A stretch of DNA of 64,000 nucleotides from the NCBI GenBank assembly GCA_034520965.1, contig JAXHMY010000001.1:896001-960000 (forward strand). Direction: 5' to 3'. Shown here one piece after another: positions 43,193 to 52,421 of the stretch. Every line of letters begins with the position of its first letter. Position 1 is the first letter of the stretch. The position numbers were made by a program, and so were the translations under genes. This stretch comes from Spirochaetia bacterium (GTDB lineage Bacteria > Spirochaetota > Spirochaetia > DSM-16054 > Sediminispirochaetaceae). The notes below the pieces were generated by a model. The model ran no database searches, had not been told where the DNA came from, and saw nothing but the letters and a program-made list of their open reading frames with translations.

Positions 43193-44411
43193 TTATTCCG
43201 CGTTTATTTTAGCGACCAGCTCTTTGAACTCATCCACGCTGATATCGCGTTTCAGGCTGATCGACAGTTTTTTTACTTCCTGCAGCAGATCGCCCTCTTT
43301 CTCCTCGGGTACCGACAGATTGTTGTCCTTGAGCCACTTCTTCAGGTTGTCCTTGCCGCTCTTTTTGCCCAGGTAAATTTCCGGCTCCTGCTGCCCGGTC
43401 ATGGTCCACATGTACGGCAGCATCGCCAGGGGCTCGCTGTCCTTGGCATTCAGCCACAGGCTGGAGGGCATGCCGGTTTCCCAGCCGAAGATTCGGTCGC
43501 CGACTACCGCGCGGTTGGCCTGGCACTTGAAGTTGGAGAGGTCCTCCACCATTTGGGAAAGCTCTTTCAGTTTAGGGGTGTTGATGCCCGTATCGATCCC
43601 GTACAGTGCCTCCAGGCCCATGGCAACCGATTCCAGTCCGGCTCCGCCGGCCCGCTCACCAATTCCGTTTACCGAGACGTGACAGACTGAAGCCCCGGCG
43701 GCCAGCCCGGCGATAGTGGTTGCCGCGCCCATGGCAAAGTCATCGTGGAAGTGAACCTCTATGGGTTGGGAGAAACGCTCGCGCATCTTCTTTACTCGAT
43801 AGGCGGCTCCCTCGGGGGAGAAAGCGCCGAAGGTGTCCACCAGGGCTACGGCGTCCATATGACCGCCCTCTTCGATTGCCTGCAGGCTGTCCAGCAGAAA
43901 ATCGATACCCGCCCGGGAGCTGTCCGCCGGGAAAAAGGTTACATACAGTCCCAGCTCGTGGGCGGCGGTGGTTGCCTCGACGGCAGCCTCAATGGCCTTT
44001 TCGGCGGTCCACTTTTTGCCGAACTTGAGCAGGTGCTCGCTGCCGGGTACTTCCGCCAACACCCCGTCGACTCCGCAGGCCTTTGCCAGTTCCATATCCT
44101 TTACCATATTCCGGACAAAGCAGAAGGTTTTGGGCCCCAGATTCAGCTCGACAATCTCTTTGATTGCATCGGCATCTTCCTGGGAAACCGCCGGTGTGCC
44201 CGCTTCTATTCGGTGCACCCCAACCTCGGCCAGTTTCTTGGCAATCTGTACTTTATCCTGACGGGTAAAGATAACCCCCGGCTGCTGCTCGCCGTCGCGC
44301 AGGGTGGTATCCAGTATTTCTACTTTATCGGGAAAGCTCGAACTGAGAAGTAACATTATCGGCATAGTTTGACGGGCTGACCCACCATTTGCCTTTTTCC
44401 ATAAATCCCAT
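43193..44411 (-). CDS. DRE-TIM metallolyase (LeuA/homocitrate-synthase-like Claisen condensing enzyme; frameshift near 44340)
   Basis: 'DTTLRDGEQ', 'HFHDDF', 'NGIGERAG', 'LGKKSG'. The N-terminus MGFMEKGKWWVSP… lies in another frame behind a GGAGG RBS. Confidence 0.85.
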
Positions 44412-44487
44412 ATAAAAGTCCTCCAATTGATTTTCTTTTTCGTCGTTTCGCTTGTCGCTATGCGGCTCCGAAACTATTACCATTACT

Positions 44488-44594
44488 ATTAGACAATAAT
44501 ATACTAACCTTGTCAAACATATTTTCAATGTTTATAAATATTTTTCAAAAGTATGATAAATAGATTGACAATGTTAGGATAACATGTATACCAT
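44488..44594. promoter_or_regulatory. Divergent promoters with a shared spacer motif
   Basis: Plus strand TTGACA ATGTTAGGATAACAT…TACCAT; minus strand TTGACA AGGTTAGTATATTAT. Confidence 0.5.
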
Positions 44595-44690
44595 AAAAGT
44601 CGCAAGTGTAAAGCGTTCCAGACACCCTTTACATTTCGAATTTCTGTCTTTAGTTGATTCGTTATTATATTGATTTTAAGGAGCACAGAT

Positions 44691-47645
44691 ATGGCATTAG
44701 GACCACTGCATAATCCCGCTCAGGGAAAATTACGGGTTGTTGGATTTATATCCGGTTCAGGCAAAACTCTTTGGCAGGCTTTAGAGCTGCAAAAGCAGCT
44801 CGAGCAGACCTGGGAGGGCAGCCCCTTCGAAGTGGTGGGGGTCTTCTCCAGCGATCCGGAGGCAAAGGGAGTGGCGACTGCCGCCGAATACGGCATTCCC
44901 TGTGCTTCTATCGATATCCGGGCCTATTATAAAGAACGCGGTGCCAAGCTCAAAGACCGGGAGGTGCGCAAGGAGTACGACCGCGAGGCGGCGGCCCTCA
45001 TTTCCGAGTTCCGTCCCGGACTGGTAATGCTGGCGGGCTACGTGTGGGCTACCACCGAGGTGCTGTTGAATAAATATATGTTCATCAATGTCCACCCCGC
45101 CGATCTGACCAACCAGAAGAACGGCGAGCGGCTGTACGCCGGTCCGAACGGGGTGGGCGATGCCCTGTCAGCCGGCGAGCCGTATCTGCGCTCCTCCAGC
45201 CACATCGCGACCGCCGAGCTCGACGGCGGCCCTCTGCTGATGATTTCCCCGAAAATTCCGGTGGATTATGAGAAGGCCAAAGAATACGACGAGAAGGACT
45301 TTATGAAGTTCTACCTGCGGCAGGTAAACGCCCAGTCGCGGGAGGTTGGATCTCGCACCATCTACGAGATTGCCATGGGCAACTTTAGCCGTGACCACTC
45401 CGGTCGGGTGTTTTACCGTAACCAGGCCGCTCCCCTGGGCATTTCCATCGACAGCTGGGAGAAGAACAAACCCCTCTACGCTCGGGATACCGCTGCGCTC
45501 CTGCAGCCAAAGAGCGTTGCAGTTATCGGCGCCTCCTCCCGCGGCGGTATCGGGCATGCGATAGTAAAGAATATCGAGGCGGTGGACTTTGGCGGCAAAG
45601 CGGTTGCAGTAAACCGGGGCGGTGAGACCGTATCGGAAACCCCTGGTTACACATCTGTGCTGGATGTGCCCGATGAGGTAGACCTGGCCGTCATTACGGT
45701 ACCTTCAAAGTTTGTACTGCAGGTGGCCGAGGAGTGCGGACAGAAGGGGGTAAAAGCAATTGTCTGTATCTCCGCCGGCTTTAGAGAGGTCGGGGGAGAG
45801 GGAATTGCCGCCGAAGAGGAGCTGCTGCGGATTGTAAATAACTACAACATGCGACTCCTTGGCCCCAACTGTATGGGAATTTCCAACAACAACCCCGCAG
45901 TACGGCTCAACACCACCATTCTCCATGACATCCCCCGGGACGGCAACATCGCCTTTGTGACCCAAAGCGGAGGCCTGGGGGCGGTGCTGCTCGACTATGC
46001 CGAGCAGCTGGGCATCGGTTTTTCAACCATTGCCTCTTTGGGCAATCAAGCCGATGTGACCGTCAATGACCTGCTGCCCCTGTTGGCCGAGGATGAGCAA
46101 ACCGAAGTAATCATGCTGTATTTAGAGCAGATTGCCGATTATCAGCGCTTTACCCGGATGGCGGCCAAGATAACTCCTAAAAAGCCGATTATTCTGCTGA
46201 AGGCCGGCCGCAGCAGCGCCGGGGCCGCCGCCGCCGGCAGCCACACCGGCAGCCTGGCCGGCGACGACCAGGTGGCCGAGGCGCTTATCCGCAAGTGCGG
46301 TATTATCCGGGCCCAGAGCATCCACCAGGCCTATTTTCTGGCAGCCGCCCTCAGCCGCATGCCGCGGGTAAAGGGAAACCGGGTGGGAGTAGTTACCAAC
46401 GGCGGAGGCCCGGGTATTCTGGCCTCGGACGCCCTCTCGCTGCACGGCTTTGAGCTGCCCGAGCTGAGCTCGGGCAGCCGAGAAAAGCTGGCCCCCCAGC
46501 TGCTGCCGGAAGCCTCGGTGCGCAACCCTATCGATGTGGTTGCCGCCGCCTCGCCGGAGCACTATGCCGCCTCCCTGCGGAGCATGGTGGAAAGCGGGCA
46601 GTACGACGCGCTGGTTCTGCTCTGTATACCCCCGGCCACAGTTGATACGGGAGAGGTGGCACGCATTTTTGCCCAGGAGGTTGATGCACTTGGAGAAGCG
46701 TTAGAGTCGATTCCGGTGCTCTCCTGCTTCTTCGGTCCGGGATTAGGCCTGGCCGGCCGCCGGGCCATGACCAGTGCCGGAATTCCGGTAGTAGAGTACC
46801 CGGAGCAGCTGGCTGAAGTATTGGATGCAATGCGGGAGCTCCCGGTCACCTACCACGGCGAGGAGGAGCCGGCCTACGCAGTTGCCGGAGAAACCCAGGC
46901 CGAGGTAAGAGCTGTGATTCAGGCGGCGGCACCGGGTGACTTTTTGAATGCAGAGGATGCGGAGAAGATTTTAGCAGCCTACGGGCTACACACCGCCCCG
47001 TCGGTGTATCTGCCCGCCGGCGCTTCAGAGGCCAAAGACGTTACAGCGACCACAGAGGCCGCAGCGGCCTCTGAAAAATCTCAGGCCTCTAAAACATCTG
47101 AGGACTCTGTGGCCGAGATTGTGTTTCCGGTGGTCGCCAAAATCGACCACCCCGAGGTTATCCACAAGAGCGATGAGGGGGGCGTGCTGCTCAATATTGC
47201 CGATACTACAGAACTACAGGCTCGAATTGCGGAGCTGCACAGCCGCTTTCCCGGAGCCCGGGGGGTATTGGTGCAGCAGCAGCTGAGCTCCGCTACCGAG
47301 GTGATTCTAGGGGCAATTAAAGACCCGTCGGTGGGACACGCCGAAATGGTGGGTCTGGGCGGTACCAGCGTGGAGCTGCTGGGGGATGTAGCCTTTGCCC
47401 ATGTGCCCTTTTCTGCGGAGGAGGCCCGCCGGGCGATTCTGTCCTTAAAGAGCGCCCCCCTGCTCACCGGCTACCGCGGCAGCACTCCAATGAACCTTGA
47501 CGATTTGATCGAGAAGATGCTTCGCATTAACCGGCTGCTGGTAGATTTTCCGGAAATCTCGGAGATCGATCTCAATCCCCTGCTCTACTCTTTCCAGACC
47601 TCCCGCTTTTATATCGCCGACTTCAGGCTTCGGATAGAGGAGTAA
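44691..47645 (+). CDS. Fusion of a PurN-like formyltransferase and an ADP-forming acyl-CoA synthetase (alpha-beta)
   Basis: N-terminal 'ISGSG', 'LAGY', 'INVHP', 'LDGGP'; then 'VAVIGAS', 'GPNCMG', 'QSGG', 'SHTG', 'NGGG', 'HKSDEGGV', 'DLNP'. Confidence 0.88.
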   Translation: MALGPLHNPAQGKLRVVGFISGSGKTLWQALELQKQLEQTWEGSPFEVVGVFSSDPEAKGVATAAEYGIPCASIDIRAYYKERGAKLKDREVRKEYDREAAALISEFRPGLVMLAGYVWATTEVLLNKYMFINVHPADLTNQKNGERLYAGPNGVGDALSAGEPYLRSSSHIATAELDGGPLLMISPKIPVDYEKAKEYDEKDFMKFYLRQVNAQSREVGSRTIYEIAMGNFSRDHSGRVFYRNQAAPLGISIDSWEKNKPLYARDTAALLQPKSVAVIGASSRGGIGHAIVKNIEAVDFGGKAVAVNRGGETVSETPGYTSVLDVPDEVDLAVITVPSKFVLQVAEECGQKGVKAIVCISAGFREVGGEGIAAEEELLRIVNNYNMRLLGPNCMGISNNNPAVRLNTTILHDIPRDGNIAFVTQSGGLGAVLLDYAEQLGIGFSTIASLGNQADVTVNDLLPLLAEDEQTEVIMLYLEQIADYQRFTRMAAKITPKKPIILLKAGRSSAGAAAAGSHTGSLAGDDQVAEALIRKCGIIRAQSIHQAYFLAAALSRMPRVKGNRVGVVTNGGGPGILASDALSLHGFELPELSSGSREKLAPQLLPEASVRNPIDVVAAASPEHYAASLRSMVESGQYDALVLLCIPPATVDTGEVARIFAQEVDALGEALESIPVLSCFFGPGLGLAGRRAMTSAGIPVVEYPEQLAEVLDAMRELPVTYHGEEEPAYAVAGETQAEVRAVIQAAAPGDFLNAEDAEKILAAYGLHTAPSVYLPAGASEAKDVTATTEAAAASEKSQASKTSEDSVAEIVFPVVAKIDHPEVIHKSDEGGVLLNIADTTELQARIAELHSRFPGARGVLVQQQLSSATEVILGAIKDPSVGHAEMVGLGGTSVELLGDVAFAHVPFSAEEARRAILSLKSAPLLTGYRGSTPMNLDDLIEKMLRINRLLVDFPEISEIDLNPLLYSFQTSRFYIADFRLRIEE

Positions 47646-47650
47646 GTGGT

Positions 47651-47705
47651 CAAAGGGCCGGCGTCAGCAAAATGCTGTCAGCCGGCCTTTTGCCTATGCT
47701 TTTTT
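47651..47705 (+). terminator. Hairpin terminator after the fusion gene
   Basis: CAAAGGGCCGGC…GCCGGCCTTTTG with a downstream T-rich tract. Confidence 0.6.
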
Positions 47706-47733
47706 GCAAATTTCATATACACTACACCAACTG

Positions 47734-48564
47734 ATGAAAAATCCAGATGAATTACTGTTCAATATAAACCAAGTTGCCAAGCAGATAGGCGTAGTCCCCG
47801 GAACCATTCGTAATTGGGAGAAGGAGGAACTGTTTGCCGCCCGCCGCACCACTAATAACTACCGGGTGTACAGTTTCGACGACATTAACTTCCTCAAACG
47901 GGTAAAAGAACTCTCCGTAGACCAGCGTCTCAGTTACGATGTAATCAAAAAAATGCTGAAATACGAAATTATGCAGCAGAAAACCGATCAGCAAAACGGT
48001 TCAAGCAATCCACAGTACTCAAAAAAATTCCTGAGTAAGAAGTGGCGCACCCTCAGGGAAGAATCCGGGTACACCCTGGATGAGGTAAGTACCGAATTGG
48101 GGATAAGCCCCTCATATCTGAGTAAGATAGAAACCGGACAGGCCAACATTTCATTTGATGTACTCCAGCGGCTGGCCGACTTCTACAACCAAAACATTCT
48201 CTACTTTTTTGAGGAAGAGGATGCAGATACTAAGCTGGTAAAACATGCGAGCGGTTCGACAATTGATATCGGATTAGAGGGTGTCGCGATTACTAACTTG
48301 GTGGCCGATAAAACCGCCCATGTAAAAAGCATGTATTATACCATTCAACCCAGCTGCGGCAACTATGTTGACCACAGCCATTTTGGTGAAGAGTTTGTGT
48401 ACCTGATAGAGGGTCAACTGGAATTTATCCTGAACGACACCCAGGTCTATAATCTAGAACCCGGGGATTCCCTGTTTTTCCACTCCTCCGAAAAACATAA
48501 GTGGATTAATAACGGCAGTACTGTTGCTACCGCCCTGTGGATATATTCACCCTTCCGGGAATAA
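47734..48564 (+). CDS. MerR-HTH + XRE-HTH + cupin transcriptional regulator
   Basis: 'INQVAKQIGVVPGTIRNWE', 'LRE..GYTL…SYLSKIETG', 'HFGEEFVYL..G', 'GDSLFF'. Confidence 0.88.
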   Translation: MKNPDELLFNINQVAKQIGVVPGTIRNWEKEELFAARRTTNNYRVYSFDDINFLKRVKELSVDQRLSYDVIKKMLKYEIMQQKTDQQNGSSNPQYSKKFLSKKWRTLREESGYTLDEVSTELGISPSYLSKIETGQANISFDVLQRLADFYNQNILYFFEEEDADTKLVKHASGSTIDIGLEGVAITNLVADKTAHVKSMYYTIQPSCGNYVDHSHFGEEFVYLIEGQLEFILNDTQVYNLEPGDSLFFHSSEKHKWINNGSTVATALWIYSPFRE

Positions 48565-48589
48565 AACTGGCCTACTAATAATATCGCCC

Positions 48590-48958
48590 TCAGTCGTCTT
48601 CGTACAACTCGTGTATCTCGTCCCAGGCTTCCGGTTCGCCGGCCCGCAGGCGCTCCAGTAATAGAAACTGGCTGGTAAGGATATCGATATCACGCTTTTT
48701 CACCTCTTCGGGGGAGGTTTCCTGGGCCAGCTTTATTTCCTCGACTTCCTTTGGATCGAGAGAGGCAATCCGCTCGAGTTCATTGTGGATATCCTTCACG
48801 CGAAAGCGCAGAAAGCCTTTTACGGGCAAAAATACAGGAGGCTCATATCCCTTTTTTTCAAGATCACGGGCGGTCTTCTCGATGGCATCGTCTGTGGTAA
48901 AATGGGTGCTTTTATTTAGTTCCGCTTTTTTGTGTTCAACATACTCTTGTAGATTCAT
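48590..48958 (-). CDS. Hypothetical acidic protein (122 aa)
   Basis: GGAGG RBS, protein-like composition, no motif recognised. Confidence 0.7.
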   Translation of the reverse strand: MNLQEYVEHKKAELNKSTHFTTDDAIEKTARDLEKKGYEPPVFLPVKGFLRFRVKDIHNELERIASLDPKEVEEIKLAQETSPEEVKKRDIDILTSQFLLLERLRAGEPEAWDEIHELYEDD

Positions 48959-49023
48959 GTATTCCTCCTACCGTACATAATCATTGTTTTTTTGATATCT
49001 TTCAAGTTTTTTTTTGCTGTATT

Positions 49024-49163
49024 CAGCAATTCTCAATTTGGATAGTGTAATTACACTATCCAAATTGAGAATGCCTCCAAAAGCCGGTGTATAAAAATCG
49101 CGAAGAATTTTGATGCGAATTCTCAATTTGGAAGTCAGAAGACTTCCAAATTGAGAATCGCTG
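49024..49163. mobile_element. 140-bp MITE (copy 2) with hairpin ends and 9-bp target duplication TGCTGTATT
   Basis: TIRs CAGCAATTCTCAATTTGGA / TCCAAATTGAGAATCGCTG (18/19 match); direct repeats at 49015-49023 and 49164-49172. Confidence 0.9.
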
Positions 49164-49208
49164 TGCTGTATTTCACTTGAAATCCCTTTGTGATATAGTA
49201 TCCGTAGG

Positions 49209-49331
49209 ATGTCACCCCTAATTATCACCGGAATTGCCTTCAGTTTAAGCTTTGATGCCTTTGCCGTATCCCTCTCAAACCGCTGCGCATTAGAAAAATG
49301 TACGCTGCGGCATGCGGTTGTCGTTCCTTGA
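49209..49331 (+). pseudogene. mntP: 5' remnant of an MntP-family manganese efflux gene
   Basis: Translates MSPLIITGIAFSLSFDAFAVSLSN… (MntP 'LSMDAFAVS' motif), then stops after 40 aa. Confidence 0.65.
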
Positions 49332-49402
49332 ACATCTGAGCTGAAAAGCCCCCTACTTCCATCCTGCAGCGTGATGGCCGCATAAAAAAATGTCCCCTCC
49401 CC

Positions 49403-49454
49403 TTGACCTAAACTATGTAAATTGTTATTTTCTAATCGATATTTATTTATTGAT
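49403..49454 (+). promoter_or_regulatory. adhE promoter and palindromic operator
   Basis: TTGACC-17-TATTTT; ATCGATATTTATTTATTGAT at 49435-49454. Confidence 0.55.
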
Positions 49455-49485
49455 ATATTTTTAACTATAAATAGGAGGCAGGAAT

Positions 49486-52115
49486 ATGGCACAGACACAA
49501 AAGAGTACCCAGGTAACTGGTTCGACGGCAGCACTCAACGAAATGATCGGCAGGGTTGCTGAGGCACAGAGGGTCATGGCCCGCTACAGTCAGGAGCAGA
49601 TCGACATTATTTTCCGCGAGGCGTCCCTGGCGGCCAACCGAAAGAGAATTGAGCTGGCAAAGCTCGCTCACCAGGAAACCGGAATGGGGGTGCTGGAAGA
49701 CAAAATCATTAAGAACCATTTTGCCGCTGAGTTTATCTACAATAAGTATAAAGATATGCGCAGCTGTGGAGTAATAGAATGGGATGAGGCTCAGGGAATG
49801 ATGAAAATTGCAGAACCGATAGGGGTGATAGCAGGGGTAGTCCCTACCACCAATCCCACCTCTACCACTATCTTCAAGGCACTCCTGGCACTCAAAACCC
49901 GTAACGGAATGGTATTCTCACCCCACCCGCGTTCGGCCGCCTGCACAATAGAAACAGTCAAGGTTATTCTACAGGCGGCGGTGGCAGCCGGAGCCCCGGA
50001 GGATATCCTGGCCTGTATAGAGGCCCCCACGGTCGAGCTCTCACAGCGGCTTACTGCGGCACCCCAGATATTGGCATGATCCTTGCCACCGGAGGTCCGG
50101 GTATGGTAAAGGCGGCCTACTCCTCAGGCAAACCGGCCATCGGGGTCGGATCCGGCAATACTCCTGCACTCATAGACGAGAGCGCCGATCTGAAGACTGC
50201 AGTAAGCTCGGTGTTGATGAGTAAGACCTTCGATAACGGGATGATCTGCGCCTCCGAACAATCGGTGGTGGTTGCCGAAGAGGTGTATTCAAGGGTAAAG
50301 CAGGAGTTCACCCGGCAGGGGGCCCATATTCTGTCTGCCAAAGAGCGGCAGGCGGTGGCAGGGGTGCTCCTGAAAAATGGAAAATTGAATGCGGCCATAG
50401 TTGGTCAGCCGGCTTCAGCGATTGCCAAAATGGCCGGGGTCGAAGTTCCCGCGGATACAAAGGTGCTGATTGGAGAAGTGAAACAAATTGGCACAGATGA
50501 ACCCTTTGCATTTGAGAAACTTTCTCCGGTACTGGCCATGTACCGCGCAGCGGATTTTGAATCCGGCCTCGCCACTGCCCAGAAGTTGGTGGAGTTCGGA
50601 GGGCTGGGCCACACCAGTGTGCTCTATACCAACCCTGCCAACCACTCCAGAGTCCGCCTGTTTGGCGAATCGATGAAAACCGGTCGGACCTTGATAAATA
50701 TGCCCTCCAGCCAAGGAGCTATCGGGGACTTGTATAATTTCAAACTGGAACCTTCGTTAACTCTCGGCTGCGGCAGCTGGGGAGGCAACTCGGTAAGTGA
50801 AAACGTAGGCCCCTCCCACCTTCTGAATATTAAAACTGTAGCCCACAAGCGGGAGAATATGTTGTGGTTTCAGATGCCCCCAAAGCTCTATTTCAAACCC
50901 GGCTGCCTTGAATATGCACTCGACGACCTGGCCGGAAAGCAAAGGGCTTTTATTGTCACCGACGAGTTTCTAGCTCGCAACGGCTATCTGGACACCATCA
51001 CGAAAAAGCTGCAGCAACTGGGAGTCGGCTACGAAATGTTTTCGCAAGTTGAACCCGATCCGACCCTGGCTACCGCCCGCAGCGGTGCAGAACGGATGCA
51101 AAGTTACCAACCGGATGTGATTTTGGCGGTTGGCGGCGGTTCACCGATGGATGCAGCCAAAATTATGTGGCTTCTGTATGAAAATCCGGATATCGACTTT
51201 GAGTCTATGGCAATGAGGTTTATGGACATCCGAAAACGCATCTACAGTTTTCCGAAGATGGGCAGCAAAGCGCAGATGGTTGCCATACCCACTACCAGCG
51301 GCACCGGTTCTGAGGTAACCCCCTTTGCAGTTATCACCGATGAGAAAACCGGCATGAAGTATCCCATTGCAGATTACGAGCTGACCCCGAATATAGCTAT
51401 TTGCGATTCTGAATTGACAAAGGAGATGCCCGCCTCGCTCACCGCCTTCTCCGGAATCGATGCGCTGACCCATGCCCTGGAAGCCCTGGTCAGCACCTAT
51501 GCCACCGAATACAGCAAGCCGATGGCTTTGGAATCAATTCGTATGCTCTTTGAGTATCTACCCCGGGCCTACAAAAACGGTGCCCAAGATCCGGAAGCCC
51601 GAGAGAAGGTACACCACGCGGCTAACATGGCGGGTATGGCCTTTTCAAACGCCTTTTTGGGAGTCTGCCACTCGATGGCCCACAAGTTAGGTGCCTTTTT
51701 TCACATTCCCCACGGATTGGCCAATGCCCTGCTGATCAATCAGGTTATCCACTACAACTCCAGTGAAGCCCCCACTAAGCAGGGAACCTTCCCAATGTAC
51801 GGCTATCCGCAGGCAGCCAAGAGGTACGCCCGTGCCGCCGATTATCTCGGTTTGGGAGGTACAAATGACCAAGAGAAGGTGGAACTGCTGATTATTGCGG
51901 TCGACCGGCTAAAAAAGCAGCTTGATCTGCCGGCCTCAATTAAAGATGCCGGAGTAGAAAAAAAGTCCTTTGCCGATAAGCTTGAGGCTATGAGTGAAGC
52001 GGCTTTTGACGACCAGTGCACCGGTACCAACCCGCGGCTTCCACTGATCAAAGAAATCAAAGCCTTATACGAACTGGCCTATCGCGGAGAAGTAGATGCA
52101 GCTGCACAAAGTTGA
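49486..52115 (+). CDS. adhE: Bifunctional acetaldehyde-CoA/alcohol dehydrogenase (frameshift near 50040-50070)
   Basis: 'PTTNPTST', 'ATGGPG', 'DNGMICASEQ', 'GCGSWGGNS', 'GGGSPMD', 'HSMAHK'. Confidence 0.95.
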
Positions 52116-52421
52116 GGTCGAACTCTGTTTAGGAAGCGCCTGTTACAGCCGTGGAAACGGTGAGGCAATCGATATACTGGAAGAGTTTGTACATACTGAG
52201 GCCCTTGAGGAGCTTGTCTCCCTCAAGGGCCGCCTTTGAAAGAAGAGTGTGCCCGGGGCCCCTGTATCCGCTTGAACGGCACCCTTTACACCGGTGTTCG
52301 CCCCGAGTGCGCGGTAGATTTGCTGCGCTATCACTTACAACAGCCCGGGACAGAAGACACGCAGGCTGTAACGAAGCCTGGAGGTTCGGAGAAAACCCAA
52401 AAGGAGGGGCCACAGTCATGA
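52096..52421 (+). CDS. HfsA-like thioredoxin-type [2Fe-2S] ferredoxin (frameshift at ~52237)
   Basis: MQLHKVEVELCLGSACYSRGN…KGRL(x)KEECARGP; overlaps the adhE stop and the next start. Confidence 0.75.

Noticed and set aside
44325..44528. 67-aa ORF as a leader peptide
   Set aside because: Its 3' part is the frameshifted N-terminus of the DRE-TIM gene
49415..49470. Rex operator upstream of adhE
   Set aside because: No adequate match to TTGTGAA-N4-TTCACAA
48968..49534. 188-aa minus-strand ORF
   Set aside because: Runs antisense through the adhE start, its promoter, the mntP remnant and the MITE; not protein-like
52151..52417. N-terminal 89 aa of ORF 52151..53932
   Set aside because: The real start is the ATG at 52418 with a GGAGG RBS; the upstream part overlaps the ferredoxin gene
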